This document shows positions 25,238 through 36,249 of a stretch of 64,000 bases of DNA, in pieces; position 1 is the stretch's first letter, and the number at the start of each line of letters is the position of its first letter. Below the pieces are notes generated by a model. That model ran no database searches and was not told the DNA's origin. It saw nothing but the letters and a program-made list of their open reading frames with translations. Origin of the DNA: Monocercomonoides exilis PA203 (Eukaryota > Protista > Preaxostyla); NCBI GenBank assembly GCA_001643675.2, contig LSRY02000032.1, positions 1,054,001-1,118,000 on the forward strand, given 5' to 3'. Both the position numbers and the translations under genes were made by a program.

Positions 25238-27190
25238 TTAGTTCGTATCGTGTGTGTGTTTGCAAGTGACAAGTTTTGTCATCAGCTCTGCGCTTTTCAA
25301 AGACATCTCTTTTTCATCTGCAGTTGGGCGAGGCGCAGGCACAACAAGAATCACAGTGGCTGCTTTGCGGCGGAAGCGCTGAGTGACACTGAACAGGCGA
25401 GAGGGCAGAAGGGTAAACGGAGGAACGGTGGCTGTGTAGTACAATCCAGCTGAGTTTGCAGAAGAGGAAGAGGAAGAGGAAGATGAAGATGAAGATGAAG
25501 ATGAAGATGAAGATGAAGACAAAGACGAGGCAGAAGCGATGTTTGCATTGCTCACTTCGTGTGGGTTCTGGTTCAGCTGCGGCGTGGCGAATTTCTTCCT
25601 CATTGTTGTGTGGTAGAGATGGTTGAATGTGACATGGTCCGGAATGGGCATCAGAAAGGCCTCTGTCCCGCGGGGCCGCTCAAAACCCAGCAGATTCTGC
25701 CTCAGCTGCGGCGGCCGCTCAACCGGCGGCGGGTACGACGCGAAGATGTCGGTGGACGGCACTGTCTGTGTGTAGTCCTGTGAAAGCTGCGTAAACAGCG
25801 CCTGGGCTGCCTTCACCCGCTGCTCGTCCAGAGGAGTGTAACCGGTGTGCCCATAATGCAAGGCATCTGCGTTTGCACCGCTTTGCAGATCGGCATTTGT
25901 ATTCTGCGAAACGTTCAATTCTGCCACTTTTCCTTGTCGAGTAAGTGTTGCTGCTTTGTCTTTTCCGTTCATCTCATCTTCCTTCCCTGATGAAGAAGAA
26001 GATGTACCAGAAGATGCTGCAGATGCAGCTCCTGAGGCATCCACCGGAGTTGGGGCTGCCACAAGCAAAGTGTTCACCATATTTCCATTCGGATCAGGCC
26101 GGTGTGTAAACAACTGGTCGTGCCTCCACTGCCCATCAACAATATACTTGAAATAGTATTGTCCTGGCGGAATTGCAAGCGTTATTGCCCATTTTCTTAT
26201 CCACACGTTTTTGCGCAGTTCCACTCCACCTTCTGGGTTTGCTGCAGATTGCGATGACTTTGTTATCTCTTCTTTGATCTGTTTGACTTGCTCTGGCGTA
26301 TAGCTTCCACTCTTTACATCGTCTTCTGTTGGTCCATCGAAATCACTTGGAGATGGTTGAGGTGTTAGTGGTATTTTATGTGCCCAACGATTGAAGGATC
26401 CTGTTATATATACATTTTGCAAAGCTCCATGCTTCCATGTAAATGTGACATGAACATAAACAGGACGAACTTGCTGCGGTTGAGGTTGAGGTTGCTGCTG
26501 TGACTGTGTTTGCTGTTGTTGCTGTTGTTGTTGCTGCTGTGATTGAGTTTGTGCTTGTGTTTGTGGTTGTGGTTGCGGTTGTGACTGTGTTTGTGACTGT
26601 GTTTGTGTTTGTGATTGAGTTTGTGACTGTGACTGAGATTGTGGTTGAGGTTGTGTTTGATGAGTTTGCTCTGTCGTTTGTGCTTGTTGAGTTTGAGCTT
26701 GAGTTACAGAAGGTTCGGTTGAAGAAGAATTTGAAGTGGACGTTGTTGAAGATGTTGAAGATGTTGCATTTGAAGGATGTACATGAGCTTGATTTGTTGC
26801 ATCAATTTGTGCTTGCTTTGCCAAAGATGATTGATTGTAAGATTTATCGTCAATTGTCTTTGCAGATGGATTTAACGGAGATGCATCATGTGTCAATGAA
26901 GTGGTGTGTGCTTTATTTGCATCAGGCGAAGTGGTATTTCTTCCAGGAAGAGGAGAACGATTCTCTTTAGGAGATATTGTTGATTGATAAGAAGACTTGT
27001 CTGAAGGCAGTGCATGTTGGGTTGTATCTGTGCCAATACCTCCACTCTGAACATTGCTCACATTTGCGGCTTGTATCGGCGATTTTTCTTGACCAATTGC
27101 TGCAGTTGTATCTTGGATAATATATCGAGAAACTCTACTTGTGTCTTGATCTTTATCTCCTTTTATTTCCTTGCTGTTTAATGGACCCAT
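25238..27190 (-). CDS. PRKAB: AMPK/SNF1 beta subunit (CBM48 glycogen-binding domain + C-terminal AMPKBI)
   Basis: First ATG gives MGPLNSK (MGxxxS myristoylation consensus); VTFTWKHGALQNVYITGSFNRW, PPGQYYFKYIVDGQWRHD..GNMVN, PPQL..PIPDHVTFNHLY, TQRFRRK. Exact 3' end uncertain. Confidence 0.9.
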   Translation of the reverse strand: MGPLNSKEIKGDKDQDTSRVSRYIIQDTTAAIGQEKSPIQAANVSNVQSGGIGTDTTQHALPSDKSSYQSTISPKENRSPLPGRNTTSPDANKAHTTSLTHDASPLNPSAKTIDDKSYNQSSLAKQAQIDATNQAHVHPSNATSSTSSTTSTSNSSSTEPSVTQAQTQQAQTTEQTHQTQPQPQSQSQSQTQSQTQTQSQTQSQPQPQPQTQAQTQSQQQQQQQQQQTQSQQQPQPQPQQVRPVYVHVTFTWKHGALQNVYITGSFNRWAHKIPLTPQPSPSDFDGPTEDDVKSGSYTPEQVKQIKEEITKSSQSAANPEGGVELRKNVWIRKWAITLAIPPGQYYFKYIVDGQWRHDQLFTHRPDPNGNMVNTLLVAAPTPVDASGAASAASSGTSSSSSGKEDEMNGKDKAATLTRQGKVAELNVSQNTNADLQSGANADALHYGHTGYTPLDEQRVKAAQALFTQLSQDYTQTVPSTDIFASYPPPVERPPQLRQNLLGFERPRGTEAFLMPIPDHVTFNHLYHTTMRKKFATPQLNQNPHEVSNANIASASSLSSSSSSSSSSSSSSSSSSSSANSAGLYYTATVPPFTLLPSRLFSVTQRFRRKAATVILVVPAPRPTADEKEMSLKSAELMTKLVTCKHTHDTN

Positions 27191-27467
27191 CAACTGATCC
27201 GGAACAACGGGCACCAGCCGATATCAATCAACAGATCAAAAGAACTGAAAAGATTCGCACAATTATGATCTTTTTCCGTAATTCTTAAATAATGATCAAT
27301 TAGTTGTTGAAATATTTCGTGCTTAACTTTTTAAAAAAGCTTTAAAAACAAGCTTAAAAATGCTAACTCAATCAAAAGTCATAAAATGGCATTAAATTAC
27401 GAAACACTTTTAAAATGTTGAATTAAAGTACTTTTTTTGTTTGTTTAATACTCACAGTGAGAGAATT

Positions 27468-29220
27468 TTAAATAACACTTTTCGTGAAAGAAAGCTTAAT
27501 AAGTTGTCCGTCGAGCTGTGTGTTATGTTTCAAGCACAAAGTATTTGTTGCTTCCTCCACCGTGTTGTACTTGACCAGGTACATATATTTCCCCGGAGAG
27601 GTTGTGATGGGTTTTGCTGCCTGAACTTGAGCGTGTTCTGAGAGGTGTCTAACAAGTGCCTCTTCTGTTGTAACAGACGACAGATTCGCCACATGCAGAA
27701 CGGCCGACGGCGGCGCCTCGATTTTCCCGCTGGCAGTGGCTGCCACTGAAATAGAGCGGGAATGCCGATTCAGGTTGGTTGTCTCGTACTCAACGGTGCT
27801 GGGCCCTTTGGATTTGTCGTCGTCTTCCATCGACCCTGAGGCTTCTTCAGAGGAAGATGAAGAGGATGAGGAAGAAGAAGAAGAAGATGATGATGATGAT
27901 GATGATGAAGTAGAAGGTGAAACTGTTTGATAGCGAGAGACATTCACGTCAATTGTTGTGCCGAAGAGTGCTGCTCCTCTGAGGCAATTCATCGCCTGTG
28001 TGGCCTGCACGGGGTCTGCATATTGAACCAGCCCCATGTTGCGGTGGGAGTGGAGTATCTTCACTCTTATGATATATCTGAAATGTGTTGTCAAAAAATA
28101 AATTCGAATTAAATAAAATGATATGAAATATGAAATATGAAAAGATGTGTTATATTATTTCATGTTAGCTGCACACCCATAATTGCTGAACAGATTAAAC
28201 AGCTCGTTGCATCCAACTTTATCAGCCGGGAACCCAGACACCAAAAGGACGCAGCCTGAGCCCTGCCCAAAGCTCCCTGCGCCTCCCGCCCTCGACGGCA
28301 TGCCTCCGTAGCCCATCCCATCCATCCTCCTCAGCCCAATCCCTCCTCCAAAGAACGCCCCGGCTCCTCCTCCAAATCGCGCATCGCCCCCCATTCGAAG
28401 CCCCGATCCAGGCAAGAGCAACCCCGGAGATGACGAGGTTTTCGTAGGAAGAGATGGATTTGTATAATCTCTCGCATAATCAGAGTTTTCCTTGATTTCA
28501 AGCGAAGTCCGATTACTGAATGTTATGGAAAGTGTGTTGCAGCCGCTGTAAATATCTTTCCCATCAAGATTCATTTTTGCCCTGACAGAAGCATCAACAC
28601 TTTTAAATTGAACCAACGCTTGGACAACTCCTCCTTTCTGAAATATTATTATTCTTTGAACACTTGGCAAACCACTAGTTTCATATGGAGAAAAAATAGT
28701 ATTAAGTACATCAACAGTAATGGGGTACTTTATGTTTGTGATTGAAACATGAAGAATTGGCGATGGAGGATTTGACGGAATAGGTTGATTATAAAAAGAA
28801 GATTGTGTACGATCAGTCGTAAGCTCTTGGTAAGATGAGTACTGTGCAAACATTTTTGATCCTCTTATATTTATAACATAAGTTTGTATATTGTAATCAA
28901 AGAAATAAATAGTGAAAAAAAAATCACACTTTAGTGAATATCCTGTTCCAGGAAAAGCAGCCAGAAAAGCAGCTGCTTGATTTATTGTTTCAAATTGCAC
29001 CATAACCTGTTTTTTGGAGCGTATTAAAAGAGAATTTGTAACATTTCCAAAGGGCCTTGCCAGTATGAAAATATCTTCCTGAAAGAGGAATTGTCTATTC
29101 TTCATATTTAAAAGACAAATAACAAACTAATGTAACTGCTCCAGAGACATTTCGGAAATGAATAACTTTGCTTGGGGGTATTTCAGCAACAGATGGATTT
29201 GAAGGTGGAATATAATCCAT
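27468..29220 (-). CDS. PTBP: Polypyrimidine-tract-binding protein / hnRNP-L family, 4 RRMs, 4 exons
   Basis: MDYIPP..PPSKVIHFRNV|EDI..PFGNV; YPITVDVLNTIFSPY..VQALVQF..LDGKDIYSGCNTLSITFS; LFNLFSNYG|YIIRVKIL; PPSAVLHVANL..IKLSFTKSVI. Introns 29079-29127, 28864-28929 and about 28078-28177. Confidence 0.92.
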
Positions 29221-29619
29221 AAAATGACAGAACTGGTAAAAAATATTTTTACATTTATTTTTTGGTAAAGAAAAAGAGATAAAGAGGAGATAGAGAAATT
29301 AAGAACCTTTAGAGAACAAAGGAAGTAAAGCTTGCGAGAAGGAAAGAAAAAAAGATTCGGAATATTTTCGTGAACACCATAATTAATATATTTTTTTGTA
29401 TCAAAAAACAAAGGAAGTGGGTTACAAAAAATATTTCCTCAAAGGGTTTGTTTCGGTTAGTGGGTAGATAACGACCAAAACAATTTATGATTAATATGTT
29501 TTTTTTTTTGTAAAAACTGTTATTAATAAATGCAAATGTGATCTTTCGAAAATGATTTTCAAATCTTGGTGATTCAAAACCGTGAAAACCTATCTTCGAA
29601 ATCCAATAAAAACTTATAT

Positions 29620-29825
29620 GGCTGATCCTTTTTGAAATCATCCTTTCGTTCGAGTTTTGATCAAAAAATATTTCTTAAAAAGATTTAGAAAAATTGAACT
29701 AAAACTGATTACACATATATTTCATGATGTTATTATTGCAGATACATAATTTTCACAAAAATACCATTTAGACTAAATTTTTGATCAAAACTCGAACGAA
29801 AGCATGATTTCAAAAAGGATCAGCC
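29620..29825. mobile_element. MITE, 206 bp, 48-bp TIRs, flanked by ATAT
   Basis: Arms 29620-29667 and 29778-29825 are reverse complements with one mismatch (GGCTGATCCTTTTTGAAATCA..); ATAT at 29616-29619 and 29826-29829. Confidence 0.85.
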
Positions 29826-29856
29826 ATATCTTTTTCAAAAACCACATAGAAAACAT

Positions 29857-30036
29857 GGATCATATTTTTTGTATTTATGAAAAAAAACAACAATTTGTTC
29901 CGTTTTTTTTTTCTCCATCGTATCGTGATAAGTCTAACATTATCAAATAAAATAGAAAAGAAAATAATGAAAAATTGAGAAAAATACAAGAAATAATTTT
30001 ATGGAACAAAATTCATAAGGCAAAAAATTACGTCCC
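29857..30036. mobile_element. Degenerate inverted copy of the MITE at 32849-33027
   Basis: Shares ATTTATGAAAAAAACAACAATTTGTTCC and ATGGAACAAAATTyATAArGCAAAAAAT..CGTCCCATA with the reverse complement of 32849-33027, at the same spacing. Confidence 0.7.
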
Positions 30037-30359
30037 ATAACTCTCTTATTTTTCTTAGAGGTTTGATCATTGATTTATGATAATAACAGCTTTTTATCCA
30101 CTGAAAATTTTCAGTTTTCAAATTAAAATTTCTCCTGTTTGAGATTTTTTTCTTTCATAGTTGAGTTTCCAAAAATCAAAACTTCTTCTTTTGGAAAAAT
30201 TTTTAAACTCACGCTATGAACCCGCTTCCTTTTGTTTCATTATTCAATATCATCATCAAACAATAAATTATTGTTGATTTGAAAAGACTTCAATTTCGAA
30301 ACTTGTATCACTTCCAATTCAAAATTTCAGGTTTTGCTCTTTAATCAGTGATTATGTTA

Positions 30360-30605
30360 TATAGTTAGTGTTAATAATGGAAGACACTTTCAATAACTGT
30401 GGACAGTGGCATAATCTCAACAACTGTTGATAGTTGCTTTTTGACAATTAACCCAATTATTCTTTCATTGAATACAAACTTATGATACAAATGTCAATGA
30501 AAGAATAATTGGGTAATTTATCAAAATGCAACTGTCGACAATTATTTAAATAATGCCTCTGTCCACAGTTGTTGAAAGTGTCCACCATTATTCACACTAA
30601 CTATA
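30360..30605. mobile_element. Foldback MITE with ~112-bp arms and TA flanks (Tc1/mariner-like)
   Basis: 30360-30471 pairs with 30494-30605 (TATAGTTAGTG..GACACTTTCAA..CCCAATTATTCTTTCATTGA), imperfect, 22-nt spacer. Confidence 0.85.
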
Positions 30606-32391
30606 ATGGTTTAAAAAAACTGAGAAAGAAAATTTTCCAATAACTGTCATATTCATTTTATATTTCAATAAGAGTGAAATATAATTTTTTGAAAAAAATA
30701 ATTTTCATAATTTAAATATTTCGACTCAAAAATAATTTTTTTTATGATAATTTTTCTCACATTCATCAACCATCGAAATGTCCAAGTCAAAAGTCAGTGA
30801 GTCACCAAAATTAAAAGGTGAATAATTATTTTGTTCAAAAAAATAAAGAGAATAAATGTGCAAAAAAATTTTTTTTTCAAAAAAGAATTACAATTATACA
30901 CCAAAAAATATTCAAGATCGAAAAACTTAAATTCAAAATCGAAAAAGAAGTTAATTTGTTCAGAATTTCAATTCAAGTCAAAACCAAGGTAATTTCATTG
31001 AGACAAATGTTGATAATTGCAAATGTCTATTTATTGGAAATGTTTTTCTTTCTTTTTTAACAAATGTTTTCAATGATAACGACTGATGAACATCGAACCT
31101 TCTTTCATTTTAAAAAATGAAAGTGTTTAATTTTATGAGATTCAAATGCAATTGATAAAATCGAAAACATTTCGTTTCTTATAAATTAGATAGATTTCTG
31201 TCTTTTTATGTGCAACACAATATAAATAATAATCCTGTATTTTTTATTTTTTTGTAAAATAACTTTTTGTCTCCTAAGCACATGTGAAGAGTTAATTAAT
31301 AATGAATTATTTTTGATTCACTCTATTGAACACAATAATTCACCACAAATACATCAAAAATTATTTTTCTTATTGAAATTGACAAATTTCTCAGATCAAT
31401 AACTGAGAGAAAAGTAACTGACATGAGCATGAATTTTTAAATTATTTTCACATTTTTTGATGATGAAGCATTTTCGACGTTGAATTTTTCTTTTTCAATG
31501 CTGAATGATTTTTGGTGAATGTCAATAAAGAAAAGAAAAAACAGAAAGAAGTTGGTTAAATACAATTTGATATCTGAAAATGGGAAATTATGACAGAAAA
31601 AATAGAATGAAATAATCTAAAAATTCTCATATAAAAAGAGTTTTTTCTGAAACAAAATATGAATTTTTTTGAATAAATGTGTAAAAAACAAAGTGTGTTT
31701 TGAAAATTATATTAAAAATTGAATGGAAAATACCTTGAATTCAAATTGTAGGTTACAATAAAATCTCATTTTTTGATCTAATTTTGTACCATTCACGAAA
31801 TTTCATAAGAATGAAAATGACAATAGATTCACTTTTTAAATTTTATACCAGTGATATTACATTAGTGGGTACAGATTTTTCAACAAAATATGAAATTCTT
31901 TTTCAAACCATAATTTTGTATGCTTTTTAACTTTTCAAATATTTTTTTCATACAATGGTTATTCTTTTTCAAAATACTTAAAAGTTTAACATTTGAGAAA
32001 AAATAATAGAACATTGTTTGATTCATTTTGGTGATTAATCCATCAAAAATTTCCATAATGAACATATTCTGGTATCAAATATGTTTGGATATTTAAAACT
32101 GTTAGCTAGAAAAGTTTGATAATTTTATAAAAAAAAAATATATCGCATGAAATTTTTTTTTTACCTAAAAATCAAACTTTTGCGACTTTTGAAAAATAAC
32201 AATATATTGTATTGTTTCACTTTGGCAAAATGATCTGCTCCATTTGTCCCATCGAAATTGCATGATATGATAAATTCAAATACGAATAGTCCATTTAAAT
32301 TATGAAAAATTTTTGTCAGACTACAAAAATTCTCATTTTGAATTATTTTTGGCATCAATGGATCAGATTAGTTACTGATCACACTTTCTTT

Positions 32392-33207
32392 GCAAAAAAC
32401 TCTGAACATCGCAAAGTGTTCAGGACAAGATCGTTTTTTCGTTGATTGCTTATTGAATAAATCCAATCGATTTCATCAAAATAGACCTCATCAGAACAAA
32501 CTCATTTGATATATGTGACTTTAAATGTCATGTCGCATGTATTATAGAAAATTATTTTCTACATGAAGTTAAAACTTTAAATTCTTTTTCGAAGAAATTT
32601 CAAAAATTATTTTTTTGATGCACAAATGAAGCTGCGATGAAAGTCATATATTTTTTTTATTTTTATTATTAGAAATGTTCCCTTTGTTCAATTTTCAAAT
32701 GAAATAAAAATTTAAAATTATGACAAAATTCTTGTACACGCTCACGAAGCTTCACCTCAATGGATATTAAAACTTGACAATGCAATAACATTCTTTTAAT
32801 AAATTTTTCAATGAGTGGGATTTGATTTTTGATCAAAATTAGAAATATGGGACGATATTTTTTGCTTTATAAATTTTGTTCCATTCTGCACATTTTATTA
32901 ATTTTGAAAATTTTGAAAATTTACCAATGTGTTTTTGATGTGAGAATGAAAGATTTCTCATGATAAGGTTGTGGAAAAAGTTTGGAACAAATTGTTGTTT
33001 TTTTCATAAATGAAAGTATTTTGCCCCATATATATATATATCAATTGAAAATTGAACAGAAGGAACTTTCCATAAAAATTATGCTATATATCAAATGAGT
33101 TTTTATTGATGAGATGCAATTTGAGGAAATGTGTTGGATTAAATCCAAAAGCAATCATTGAGAAAACGATCTTGCATGACATATTTTGTGATGTTTAATG
33201 TTTTTTG
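32392..33207. repeat. Pair of diverged ~120-bp inverted repeats (32392-32514 / 33086-33207)
   Basis: Shared CAAGATCGTTTT, TGATTGCTT, AATCCAA, CTCATCA and an identical inner AAACTCATTTGATATAT in opposite orientations. Confidence 0.7.
32849..33027. mobile_element. MITE, 179 bp, short GGG..CCC TIRs, flanked by ATAT
   Basis: ATAT|GGGACGATAT.. ..GTATTTTGCCCC|ATAT; second copy at 29857-30036; termini resemble 58717-58984. Confidence 0.7.
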
Positions 33208-34032
33208 AGCAATCAAAATTTAAAACGAATAATTTTTATTTGTTTTCATCTTTTATTTCAAACGTAATTTTAGAAAATCATGATTCTAGCATCATATTTT
33301 CTATTTTCTGATTGTCACAAAATAATCAGTACAACTTCCGCACAATGATTCAGCAAACCAAGGATTGTCTATTTTGACAATGAGTTTGATTTACAGACTT
33401 TTGAAAGGTGAATGATGAAAATATCTACACAATATAAAGTATAATATAAAAAACACATATGCTGATATTTTTATGCAATATTCAAATTGTTGTTTTCCCA
33501 TTAAAGGTTCAATCAACAATAACTGTCGGATAGAATTTCATTTAAGGCAAAGTTGATTTATAATTCCATTGACACATAGAAAATGCAATTTCTTTTTCTG
33601 CAAAAAATGTTCACTCACAGATCTCTCATTTTAATAATAGCTATTCTTGTACAAATAAGAAGAAATGTGTCTCTTAAAGATCTTTGTTCAACTCAATTTG
33701 TTCTTTTATTTTTTACAAAATTTAAATTTTCTTTATAATAATGCTTGGGAAAGTTAGACACATTGCGTTGCAATGGAGAATAAGTTTGGAATAAATCGTT
33801 GAATTTTTAATTTATGAAAGAATATTTTCCATGAAATCTTTATGATCAAAACATCCATAACAACTAATCAATAAAGAGATAAATTGTTTTTGCTCTTTGC
33901 GAATCCTAACAAAAAAATGCCAATACAAAAAATAATGGTGCGAAAGTATATGCTTTTATAATTATTTTACGTTTTTATTTTTCATGTATTTTCACTTTTA
34001 AAACATTTTCGAATTCAATATTTTTTTACAAA

Positions 34033-35455
34033 ATGCAGAATTTTGATGACATAGAAGAATTCATTAGCATGTAGTCATTGTTGCATTTGAATTTTAGTTG
34101 ATTGCTTTTCTTTCTTTGATTTTTTTCAGAATTGTTTTGTGGACTTGAAGGTTGCGCTGAAGACGGGCAAAAACAGAAAATCATTGAAATGAATGGACTG
34201 ATGGACTATATGAATGAAGATGAATATAGATATGTTATTAAGATATTTCTGTTTGATGAATTGCGCAAAATGATTGAAGAAAAGAAAATATCAATGGAAA
34301 ATGCAATTTTGCTATTGAAGCACATTGGATATTGCTGCGTGTCGAAAAATTTAGAGATTTCTGCTTTTTACAATTCGTTGTTGAATACAAGCTTTAAGAA
34401 GATGATTATCGATGAAAATGAGAAGAAAGATGAAAAGAATGAAAAATTTCTTGTTGGCCTTTGTGAATGCTATTTTTTGCTTAATAGAAATATTTCTCCG
34501 AAATTTATATCAATTATTGTGCATTGCCTTTTAAGAGTCGCTTCAAACAGAGAAGAAAGCGAGGAAACTCGAGAAGAAGTAGAAATCGCTTTGATGACAT
34601 TAGGCTGTTTTGGATGTAGCGTTTGAGCATTTCTATGTTGATTTTGATATTATTCTTTCTTTCTTTCTTTCTCCCTTATTTTCTTATTAGGAAATGAGAC
34701 AAGAAAATTTCCTGGATGAAATCAAAGAAATCATCATATATAATCAAGAACATCACAATCTGACACGAATTGCATATCAGTCTGCTTGGCAGTTTTTGAT
34801 AAGAAGAATTTTATTTGACAGAAGCTTGGAAGAAGTAGTTGTGAATGAGTTGCATTTTGCGAGAGAGGCTGCGAGACATCTGGAAGATCTGATGGGATAT
34901 GTGGATTGGAAGAGAAAAGAAGAGGAAATGAGCAAAGAAGAATCGAAAGAAGAATTAGCATTGATGAGATGGCTCGAAACATAGAAGTTTTTCTTTCGTT
35001 GTTGCGAATTGCGGAATGACGAATTTGGTGAGCTTATTGATAGCATTGTTCATGTATATCGAGCGGCAAAAGATAATCAAAGAGAAACCAACAGAGAATG
35101 CATTTGCATATTTAAAGCAGCAGCAAAAAATAAAGCAGTGAAGATTGATGACTTGCTGAAAAATGGATCTGTTCATGCTATTTTAGAGGGAATTCAACAA
35201 TCAACGTTGAATGAATATGAAACATATCAATTCTTGGTATTTTTTATTGAGATTTCAATTCTATTGAAAGAAGAAGAAGATAATGAAATGGAAGAATCGA
35301 AAAAAAAGACAACGAAAATAAAGATATTTGAAAAGATGGAGGAAGAAGGATATGAAGATACCATCATTAGCTTTCATAAAACTTTAGAGTTTTTTAAAAG
35401 AAATTATGATCATTTCTTTTCGAAAAAAATTTCTGATTATTTTGTTAATATTTGA
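34033..35455 (+). pseudogene. Second member of the lineage-specific helical family, with in-frame premature TAG
   Basis: Colinear with 16790-18187 (HHNLTRIAYQSAWQFLI, IFEKMEEEGYEDTI). ORFs 34694-34984 and 35009-35455 share a frame, split by TAG 34982-34984. Intron 34621-34690; first intron needs a GC donor at 34067. Confidence 0.75.
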
Positions 35456-36249
35456 GAAAATGAGATGATTCACATTTTGTTTCTCTGAATTTCAATATTT
35501 GTTTTTTGATTATTTCCTTCATCTTCAAATGGCTGTTTGCAGCCTTTTTTATTTAAAAAAATTTTATTGGATTGTCTGATAAATTATCAGCAAATGGTGT
35601 GAATGTCGAGAAAATGAAATGTTATTTATTCTGTAAATCAAAAATTTTGTTTATTTTTCATTCAGTATCATATCACATTCAAACAAACATTTGAATGCTT
35701 TTAGAGACTTTTTAACTCATCAAAATGAAATAAAGTGATAATAAAAACAAAAAGAATGTTCGCTTATTTTTTCTCAATAAGGATATTTTCTACTGAAAAA
35801 ATTATTCCATTTTTCACAAAAAATGCAATTCCTTCCCCATTCTACAATGAGCCTCTCTGTCAATATCATCAACAGCGCCAATTTTTATTTTTGCCATTAA
35901 TTTTTCCTATAATTAACAAAAAATTCTTCGTTTGTGCCTAACGAACCTCCTTAAAAATATTTACAATATCAAATTTCAACGATTCCTCTTTATTATCTTT
36001 CATTTAGTCCAAACAAAAGCAGGAAAAATTTGTTATCTTCGAACGAGGTGGATATAAACAACATTTTTTTAGCTTTCAATCAAAGAATATTTTTGATTTG
36101 GATTCATGTACTTGTTATATAGAAGTTTTTTTAAAGAATGTTTGTTTTTTTGAATCTACCTTTAATATAAACTGATCAAAGAAAAAAACCAACAACTCTA
36201 TTTATTTCAATATTTTCTTTTTATGAAATATTGAAACGCACAATCAAGT

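Noticed and set aside
31400-32360. Possible decayed gene or transposase (ORFs 31880-32065 and 32161-32358)
   Set aside because: No catalytic or family motif could be recognised; short AT-rich ORFs arise by chance. A translated search would be needed.
32826-32838. TTTTGATCAAAA palindrome recurring at about 29655, 29780, 32826 and 57937
   Set aside because: Low-complexity palindrome expected in very AT-rich DNA; not independent evidence of a site.
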